Assembly: GCA_002269645.1 (NCBI GenBank)
Contig: NIVC01000753.1
Span: 62,001-126,000, forward strand
Direction: 5' to 3'
Length of the DNA stretch: 64,000 nucleotides
Source of the DNA: Macrostomum lignano
Lineage: Eukaryota
A program made the translations under genes and the position numbers. The notes below the pieces were generated by a model, which worked only from the letters and a program-made list of their open reading frames with translations, was not told the DNA's origin and did no database searches. The stretch's first letter is position 1; each line of letters opens with the position of its first letter. Shown here in pieces: positions 56,201 through 64,000 of the stretch.

Positions 56201-59200
56201 TTATGCACAGTTTAATGCTTCTAAAAAGAGCATTGGCAGCTGGCTTTGCAGGCTCTCAGTTGATCTCCTCTGCCCCTCTTCCGTTTCTCCCTCTCCCTCT
56301 TCTCCCTCTCTCTCCCTTTCCCTCTTACACTCCCTTTCCCTCTCCCTCTCCCTCTCCCTCTCCCTCTCCCTCTTCTCCGTCTTCCTCTTTTTTTCTCCCT
56401 CTCTCCCTCTCCCTCTCTCCCTCTCTCTCCCTTTCCCTCTTACACTCCCTTTCCCTCTCCCTCTCCCTCTCCCTCTCCCTCTCCCTCTTCTCCGTCTTCC
56501 TCTTTTTTTCTCCCTCTCTCCCTCTCTCTCTCTCCCTCTCTCCCTCTCCCTCTCTCCCTCTCCCTCTCTCCCTCTCCCTCTCTCCCTCTCCCTCTCTCCC
56601 TCTCCCTCTCTCCTCTCCCTCTCTCCCTCTCCCTCTCTCCCTCTCCCTCTCTCCCTCTCCCTCTCCCTCCCTCTCTCCCTCTCCTCTCTCCCTCTCCCTC
56701 TCTCCCTCTCCCTCTCTCTCCCTCTCTCCCTCTCCTCTCTCCTCTCCTCTCTCCCTCTCCCTCTCTCCCTCTCCTCTCTCCCTCTCCCTCTCTCCCTCTC
56801 CCTCTCTCCCTCTCCCTCTCTCCCTCTCCCTCTTTTTTATCTCCCTTCCCTCTTCTCCGTCTTCCTATTTTTTCTTCCTCTCCCTCTCCTTCTCCCTTTC
56901 CTTCTCCCTCTCCCTCTCTCCCTCTCCCTCCCTCCCTCTCCCTCTTCTCCCTCTCCCTCTTCTCGCTCTCCTTCTCCCTCTCCCTCTACTTCTTTACCCC
57001 TCCAACCTACAAGCAGAATCGCACTCCTTAGAGTGCAACGAGGACACCGTAGCCCCATCATTTTCCACTTCTATTTTAACAACGTTCAAAGACATAAATC
57101 CTTTATCCCATAGCTTTGATGCAGAAATAACACTGGCGCGGTGGTGCCCGCCTCTCCAGATGGCCGGGGTTCGACGGCGGCCTCCAAAACTCAATGACCG
57201 GTCACGATTTCCGCTCTCCCATTCTCTTCTCATTCGGCGGGATGAAGCAGCGGCTCGGCTCGGCTTCCAGCCTCCTTCAGCTCGTAATCGGACTCGAAAA
57301 TCGAACGCCACCAACTCCCGAAAACCCAGCGGGTCATGGGAAGCCAACCAGACTTTTCTGGCACCCTCGGTAGAAGAAAATCATATTCCTTCATTCTTAT
57401 ATTTTTTCTTTTCCATTTTCCTATGCTGCACTTTTCGCTTTTTTTCCCAGCAGCCTCGGGCCCGCGGAAGAATCTCCAATGCCAACTGCGGCCAGCAGAA
57501 GTGCTTATTTTTTAACTGCTCTCTAATTTTATTAAGTTCGGTTGGCTGGGTCTTCACGCACACTTGAGGAGAGGCGGTTTGTAGAAGTGTCTGGAGCAGG
57601 TCGCGCTGCTCAGGCTTATCTTCTATACTGAGCTGTCTGTCAGCCTGCATCATTCCGCTCCCTGCGCAATCTGGATAATCAGTCTGAGCTGTCTCCGTCT
57701 GCCTGACCCTCTGCAGGACTTCCTCCTAATACCTACCTCTCCCTCGCTAATCTCTCCTTCTCACTCGCTAATCCCTACCTCTCCCTCGCTAATCTCTCAT
57801 TCTCACTCGCTAATCCCTACTTCTCACTTGCTAATCCTTACCTCTCCCTCGCTAATCCCTACCTCTCCCTCGCTAACACCTACCTCTCCCTCGCTAATCC
57901 CTACCTCTCTCTCGCTAATCCCTAACACCCACACTAATCCCTAACACTCCGCGCTAATCCCTCAAGCTAATCTCTAACACTCCCACGCCAATCCCTAACA
58001 CTCACCAAGCCAATCCCTAACACTCCCACGCCAATCCCTAACACTCCCACGCCAATCCCTAACACTCACTACGCCAATCCCTAACACTCACCACGCCAAT
58101 CCCTAACACTCACCACGCCAATCCCTAACACTCCCACGCCAATCCCTAACACTCACCACGCCAATCCCTAACACTCCCACGCCAATCCCTAACACTCCCA
58201 CGCCAATCCCTAACACTCCCACGCCAATCCCTAACACTCCCACGCCAATCCCTAACACTCCCACGCCAATCCCTAACACTCCAACGCTAATCCCTAACAC
58301 TCCCACGCTAATCCCTAACACTCCCACGCCAATCCACAACACTCACCACGCCAATCCCTAACACTCCCACGCTAATCCCTAACACTCCCACGCTAATCCC
58401 TAACACTCCCACGCCAATCCCTAACACTCCCACGCCAATCCCTAACACCCCACGCCAATCCCTAACACTCCCACGCTAATCCCTAACACTCCCACGCCAA
58501 TCCCTAACACTCCCACGCTAATCCCTAACACTCCCACGCCAATCCCTAACACTCCCACGCCAATCCCTAACACTCCCACGCTAATCCCTAACACTCCCAC
58601 GCTAATCCCTAACACTCCCACGCCAATCCCTAACACTCCCACGCCAATCCCTAACACTCCCACGCGATCACTCCCCCTTTTCTTTTTTCACTCCCAAAAC
58701 ACCTGCTTGATTCCCTTCCATTCCAATCAACTCCAAGTTAACCTGCAAACCAATCGGCAGCTGTTAAACACCGTGAAACCTGGCTGCGGATTAAACAAAC
58801 TTGCAGCCCCTACCCTCCCAGAATATTTTCTCAACCCTCAGGCGAGCCTGAGGCCACTTGATAACTGGAGTTCAATTTATCCAGCAGAGAGAAGTTTGCG
58901 TGCGTTCAATCGGACTTAGGGAGACTTGGGAAAATAGGAGGAAATGGGGACAAAAAAGTCGCCAAATGCCGATGGAACCCCATCGAATCATCGCATTGAT
59001 GTTTAATAAATAAGAGGCTTCTCAGAACCTGGCTCGGTATGAGGGTGCTGTGAGATGCTTGGGGATGTCATGAGATGCGTGGGGGGGCACGAGATGCTTG
59101 GGGATGTCATGAGATGCGTGGGAATGCCATGAGATGCTTGGGAATGCCATGAGATGCTTGGGAATGCCATGAGATGCTTGGGGATGTCATGAGATGTGTG

Positions 59201-60110
59201 GGAATGCCATGAGATGCTTGGGAATGCCATGAGATGCTTGGGGATGTTATGAGATCACCCTCACCTGTTCACTCTGTTCACCCTCACCTGTTCACTCTGT
59301 TCACCCTCACCTGTTCACTCTGTTCACCCTCACCTGTTCACTCTGTTCACCCTCACCTGTTCACTCTGTTCACCCTCACCTGTTCACTCTGTTCATGCTC
59401 ACCCGTTCACTCTGTTCACCCTCACCTGTTCACTCTGTTCACCCTCACCTGTTCACTCTGTTCACCCTCACCTGTTCAATCTGTTCACGCTTACCTGTTC
59501 ACTCTGTTCATGCTCACCCGTTCACTCTGTTCACCCTCACCTGTTCAATCTGTTCACGCTTACCTGTTCACTCTGTTCACGCTTACCTGTTTAATCTGTT
59601 CACCCACACCTGTTCACTCTGTTCACGCTCACCTATTTACTCTGTTCACCCTCACCTGTTCACTCTGTTCACACTCACCTGTTCACTCTGTTCACGCTTA
59701 CCTGTTCACTCTGTTCACACTCACCTGTTCACTCTGTTCACGCTTACCTGTTCACTCTGTTCACGCTCACCTGTTCAATCTGTTCACACTCACCTGTTTA
59801 ATCTGTTCACGCTCACCTGTTCACTCTGTTCTCGCTCACCCGTTCACTCTTTCGCGCCCCAAAACTACAGTACACAATCAGCCATTGAACCGCACCGCTC
59901 ACCCTGATAAAACCGCCAACTCTCGGCGTCGATCACAATCTCCACATTGCGCTGATAATTCAACGGCAATTGCCGAGGCGCGGCGAGGCAGCGCCAGGCG
60001 CCCAGCAGCAACGCCACAGCCGCTATCAAGCAGGTCGCTGACAGCTCTTTGAAGATGCCGCCGCCCCCGCTGCCGAAGCTGCAGTTAGAATCGGACGATA
60101 AGCGAGCCAT
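48650..60110 (-). CDS. EVA-1/EVA1C-like type I membrane protein with two SUEL/Gal_lectin-like domains, about 536 aa
   Basis: Exons 60110-59903, 56077-55878, 52022-51899, 51761-51471, 51027-50869, 49278-48650; phases 1,0,1,1,1 consistent. Signal-like [18 protein letters not shown]; SUEL Cys patterns ([12 protein letters not shown]...RCGGRRSC...CPG...FTCLP and LCSG...LSCEE...YSCVP); [26 protein letters not shown] then RRRR; Pro-rich tail; AATAAA on minus at 48362-48357. Confidence 0.82.
49375..49921. repeat. (GGATAT)n hexamer microsatellite
   Basis: ATGGAT with ATAGAT/ACGGAT variants. Confidence 0.97.
50141..50210. repeat. (CT)35 microsatellite
   Basis: Perfect dinucleotide run. Confidence 0.97.
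50355..50785. repeat. 23-bp minisatellite
   Basis: GATAATCCAGGCTGTAAGAGGGC shifting to GATAATCCAGGCTGTAATAAGAT. Confidence 0.93.
50869..51027 (-). CDS. EVA-1-like exon 5 (stalk)
   Basis: cccatcccag|TG completes YSCVP; Gln-rich stalk; G|gtgaga. Confidence 0.78.
51101..51462. repeat. About 61-bp minisatellite, one CCAAT box per unit on minus
   Basis: CTAATCTCTGATTGGCTGGCTCAG...; 7 CTCTGATTGGCT copies. Confidence 0.9.
51471..51761 (-). CDS. EVA-1-like exon 4 (SUEL2)
   Basis: actgcag|CG; [15 protein letters not shown]...SCSVKA...LLLVYSC G|gtgagt. Confidence 0.85.
51899..52022 (-). CDS. EVA-1-like exon 3 (SUEL1 C-half)
   Basis: ctcgcag|CTG; [16 protein letters not shown]...[18 protein letters not shown]|gtgagt. 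Confidence 0.87.
52040..52778. repeat. 10-bp minisatellite
   Basis: GTTGGCTGGA / GTTGGCTGCA. Confidence 0.95.
53510..53966. repeat. 17-bp minisatellite
   Basis: CTGCTGACTCTCTCCCC. Confidence 0.95.
54570..55045. repeat. 16-bp minisatellite
   Basis: GTAGGGGATTATTCCT. Confidence 0.94.
55473..55820 (+). repeat. 23-25-bp minisatellite, inverted partner of 59255-59845
   Basis: GTGAACAGAGTGAACAGGTGAGC/T. Confidence 0.94.
55878..56077 (-). CDS. EVA-1-like exon 2 (SUEL1 N-half)
   Basis: tttgcag|AT; [30 protein letters not shown]...TCDLPDAAQ|gtgtga. Confidence 0.85.
56272..56995. repeat. CT-rich polypyrimidine low-complexity array
   Basis: CTCTCCCT-type units. Confidence 0.95.
57735..58665. repeat. 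21-bp minisatellite containing CCCTAA
   Basis: CTAATCCCTACCTCTCCCTCG grading to CCAATCCCTAACACTCCCACG. Confidence 0.95.
59050..59254. repeat. 20-bp minisatellite
   Basis: GAGATGCTTGGGAATGCCAT. Confidence 0.92.
59255..59845 (-). repeat. 23-bp minisatellite, reverse complement of 55473-55820
   Basis: CTCACCTGTTCACTCTGTTCAC[C/G/A]. Confidence 0.94.
59903..60110 (-). CDS. EVA-1-like exon 1 (signal peptide)
   Basis: gccATGG; [10 protein letters not shown]...[17 protein letters not shown]...SWRFYQ G|gtgagc; an additional upstream exon is not excluded. Confidence 0.7.
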
Positions 60111-60524
60111 GGCCGGACATAGTGCTGACGGCTTTTCAATTCTTAATTTTTTAACAGTTTGGTTCCTAACAATGTCCAGACCGGTTCTAGCTGAGTTCTG
60201 ACTCACACATGTTAAAAGCGATTGGGGAAGACGAGAAAGGGCAGTGTGAAATCCAACTCATTCTCGTTGGCTATTGGCTATTGGAGGCCTTGCCAGGAAA
60301 AATTCCAACCAATGAGATTTAGAAATGGAAGGACTTAACACGGCAATTGTTTGCTTGCTGCGAAGCAATGGATTACCGAGACACTCTAGTCTTGCCTTTG
60401 CGATGATTTTTCTATTGCGATTTCTTTGGCTGGGTTTGCTTTCCAGTTTTCTCTCAATCCCATCTTATCCTTGCCTGACCCCTGCCTTTTCTCGTCATCT
60501 CCTTCAAGCTCGTTCTTTGTCTCC

Positions 60525-61495
60525 CTCTGTCTGCCCCTCTGCTTCTCTCCCTCCTCTGTCTCCCCCTCCTCTGTGTCTCCTCTCCTCTGTCTCCTCCCCC
60601 TCCTCTGTCTCCCCTCCTCTGTCTCCCCCTCATCTGTCTCCCCTCCTCTGTCTCCTCCTCCTCTGTCTCCCCCTCCTCTGTCTCCTCCTCCTCTGTCTCC
60701 CCTCCTCTGTCTCCCCCTCCTCTGTCTCCTCCTCCTCTGTCTCCCCCTCCTCTGTCTCCTCCTCCTCTGTCTCCCCCTCCTCTGTCTCCTACTCCTCTGT
60801 CTCCCCCTCCTCTGTCTCCTCCTCCTCTGTCTCCCCCTCCTCTGTCTCCTCCTCCTCTGTCTCCCCCTCCTCTGTCTCCTCCTCCTCTGTCTCCCCCTCC
60901 TCTGTCTCCTCCTCCTCTGTCTCCTCCTCCTCTGTCTCCTCCTCCTCTGTCTCCCCCTCCTCTGTCTCCCCCTCCTCTGTCTCCCCCTCCTCTGTCTCCC
61001 CCTCCTCTGTCTCCCCTCCTCCTTCTCTTCCTCCTCTGTCTCCCCTCCTCTGTCTCCCCCTCCTCTGTCTCCCCCTCCTCTGTCTCCCCCTCCTCTGTCT
61101 CCCCCTCCTCTGTCTCCCCCTCCTCTGCCTCCCCCTCTTCTGTCTCCCTCTCCTCCTTCTCTTCCTCCTCTGTCTCCCCTCCTCTGTCTCCCCTCCTCTG
61201 TCTCCCCTCCTCTGTCTCCCCTCCTCTGTCTCCCCCTCCTCTGTCTCCCCTCCTCTGTCTCCCCCTCCTCTGTCTCCCCTCCTCTGTCTCCCCCTCCTCT
61301 GTCTCCCCCTCCTCTGCCTCCCCCTCTTCTGTCTCCCTCTCCTCCTTCTCTTCCTCCTCTGTCTCCCCTCCTCTGTCTCCCTCCTCTGTCTCCCCTCCTC
61401 TGTCTCCCCTCCTCTGTCTCCCCCTCCTCTGTCTCCCCTCCTCTGTCTCCCCTCCTCTGTCTCCCCTCCTCTGTCTCCCCTCTTTGCCCCTCCCT
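60525..61495. repeat. 15-bp pyrimidine-rich minisatellite
   Basis: CTCCTCTGTCTCCCC. Confidence 0.95.
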
Positions 61496-62199
61496 CTGTC
61501 AGTCTGTCAGTTCCTCTCAGTACAGATCCAGCAGGTGCCCAGCGGCAGAGAGGCCAGTTAGATAGTGGCCAGTCACAACAATAGGTCCAACAGTAAAAAA
61601 TGTCAGCGACACTCAGAGCTAAATCTCGAATCGATGGCCTAAAAAGCCAGAAGCTGCGCTCTCGACCCTGGATGCTGAGCAGCCTCTTAATAATCAGCTC
61701 CCACTTCATGAAGCAGTCAGGCAGTCGCTCCCCAGATCGATACTAACTCAAATGAAGATTTTGCCCCCCGATTACGTAACGCAATAAAAACATTGTTTTC
61801 CCAAACGCATTCGCCAAGCTCCCCTACGAGTGGCCTCTCTAACACGTAGGGGAGGCCCTGTGAGCATGAGAATTGGCTAAGCAAATACAAATGCCGATTG
61901 TAAAAACTACTGAATAGAAATGCTTTATAGGGAGGTGTGGCGCTCACACCTGACTGACTGAATTCAGTATTTGATAAGAGTAGGCGGCAGTTTATAGCGG
62001 AGGGAGGGGGAGCAGAGAACAGCGGGTCAGAGCCGGTCCGTTGAGCACCCGCAACGCCGTTTGGAGTCAGTGAGGCGGGGCTTGAAAACTGCTTGGCAAA
62101 TATTGAGCTGAACTGCCTTCCACTACCAAGGAGACCACGAAGCCGAATATGGAGTAAAAACTTTTCCTTAGACTCACCATTTCCAGAGTTGTTGGCGTC

Positions 62200-62435
62200 A
62201 ATTTAGCGGCCAAGGCAAGATTTAGCGCTAATTTAGCGCCGAAGTAGAGATTTAAGCGCCGAATGAAATTTTAGCGCCAATTTAGCGCCAATTTAGCGCT
62301 AATTAAGCGCCAAAGGAGACTTGGCGCCAATTAAACACCGAAGGCTAGATTTTGGCGCCAATAAAGCACCGAAGTAGGGATTTATGCGCCAATTTAGTGC
62401 CAAAAGCTAGACTTTAGCGCCAATTTAGCGCCGAA
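62200..62435. repeat. Degenerate TTTAGCGCCAA repeat cluster
   Basis: Recurrent (T)TAGCGCC/GGCGCC motifs. Confidence 0.7.
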
Positions 62436-63071
62436 GACTAGACAGATTTTAACTTTCAATTTTTTTGCAAGTTTTAGCAAATGAAGATTCGAAACTTCAG
62501 TACTCAAATAATTCAGTCGGCCTTTCTTGAGTTGTCTTCTGCATTTGGGTTGGCTTGAGCAAGGGTTCCCAACCCATGTTGTGCTTGTAGGCGTCCTTGG
62601 CACTGCTCACCGGTCCATAACTCCCTCGCCTCAGCTCAGTCAGTTCAGCGGAATCCCCAGCAAGCAGAGCTCAAGGGATATTTGATGCATCTTGAATTAT
62701 TTCGCGAGTACATCTCGTATGGCATGAAAAATGATTGATTGCTTTGAGCGAAATAAGACACCAAAAAAGCCTCCAAAAAGTTTTTGTTTAAATTATACAG
62801 CCGACCATAAAACATGCCACGCGAAATGGAAACCCGGTTAATGAAAGGAGACGGTTGAGTAATGTGCGCTGGCAGCTGCTTCTTTATTGCTGCTTTTTTC
62901 TTAATGGCGAGCTATATAGTAGAGTGATGGCTTCTGATGGACTGGCGAATAGTAGGACATTGTGTACTTTTATATGCAGATGGCAAGTAGAATTAAGCAT
63001 TTTAACAGCAGATAAATTAACAAGTGAGTATTAAAGATGCAAAGTGCTGTGCAAAGTGTTGGTGCAAAAGT

Positions 63072-63595
63072 AGGATTGCTAGTCTACATCAAGGATGGAG
63101 TAGAATGGACTGCTAATCTGGCCTCTACATCAATGATGGAGTAGAATGGATTGCTAATCTGGCCTCTACACATCAATGATAGAGTAGAATGGATTGCTAA
63201 TCTAGCCTCTACATCAAGGATGGAGTAGAATGGACTGCTAATCTTGCCTCTACATCAAGGATGGAGTAGAATGGATTGCTAATCTAGCCTCTACATCAAG
63301 AATGGAGTAGAATGGACTGCTAATCTAGCCTCTACATCAAGGATGGAGTAGAATGGATTGCTAATCTGGCCTCTAACATCAATGATGGAGTAGAATGGAT
63401 TGCTAATCTAGCCTCTACATCAATGATGGAGTAGAATGGATTGCTAATCTAGCCTCTACATCAAGGATGGAGTAGAATGGATTGCTAATCTGGCCTCTAC
63501 ATCAAGGATGGAGTAGAATGGACTGCTAATCTAGCCTCTACATCAAGGATGGAGTAGAATGGATTGCTAATCTGGCCTCTACATCAATGAGGGAT
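63072..63595. repeat. 41-bp minisatellite, inverted relative of 1-255
   Basis: GAATGGATTGCTAATCTAGCCTCTACATCAAGGATGGAGTA. Confidence 0.94.
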
Positions 63596-64000
63596 GGACT
63601 GGATGCAAAAAAGCGGATTAAAAGCTTGGGTACAAAAAGCAGAGACTAATAGAGCAAAAAAGCATGCAGACAAAAACAGGCAAACATCAAAGCCTGTGGC
63701 TACAAAAAAATCTCAGGTCAGGTCCATTATATCGAAAAGCGTTTAAAAAAGCTGCGTACAATATCGCTTACATGCGAGGCAGGCAAATGTCTCAAGATGT
63801 CACACAAACGACAACAAAGATAACATTTTTGCCTAGATCGTTGCTTATGAGAAATTAAGACTTACTGGCGATTATGAACAATGATAGTTACAGAAACATG
63901 CGGCCACCGATATGTATAGAAAAAACACTTTTAATGGCTGAAAAAATATATAGGCTAGGAAAACTGGCTTGCATGAGCCGAGTCGCAATTTACACGGAGA

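Noticed and set aside
57381-57720. Possible extra exon of the EVA-1-like gene (MMQADRQL...)
   Set aside because: Not needed for phase continuity, no pyrimidine-rich acceptor, no domain similarity.
62170-62190. ATG|gtgagt on minus as a possible upstream EVA-1-like exon
   Set aside because: No convincing in-frame acceptor to join it to; cannot be supported without cDNA.

Overview
Eukaryotic (metazoan) genomic DNA. A flatworm such as Macrostomum is inferred from GC-rich exons, a flatworm-like NPF peptide and minisatellite-filled introns. Roughly half of the window is about 48 tandem-repeat arrays, and nearly all long ORFs in the supplied track are artefacts of those arrays. Five spliced genes were assembled by hand with phase-consistent GT-AG introns: (1) the 3' part of ASNSD1 (+, 8 exons, 2453-32313); (2) an NPY/NPF-receptor-like class A GPCR (-, 23159-18333) nested in an ASNSD1 intron, with its start codon not located; (3) a 93-aa neuropeptide Y/F precursor ending GKPRY-G-R (-, 39060-34891), largely invisible to the ORF track; (4) a 198-aa Pro-rich orphan gene (+, 42727-45456); (5) an EVA-1/EVA1C-like single-pass protein with two SUEL lectin domains (-, 60110-48650). 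The headline observation is an NPY/NPF ligand gene about 11.7 kb upstream of, and on the same strand as, an NPY/NPF-type receptor gene. Several arrays also carry splice-site mimics, inverted partners or transcription-factor motifs. No rRNA, intact tRNA, CRISPR array or transposase/RT ORF could be supported.
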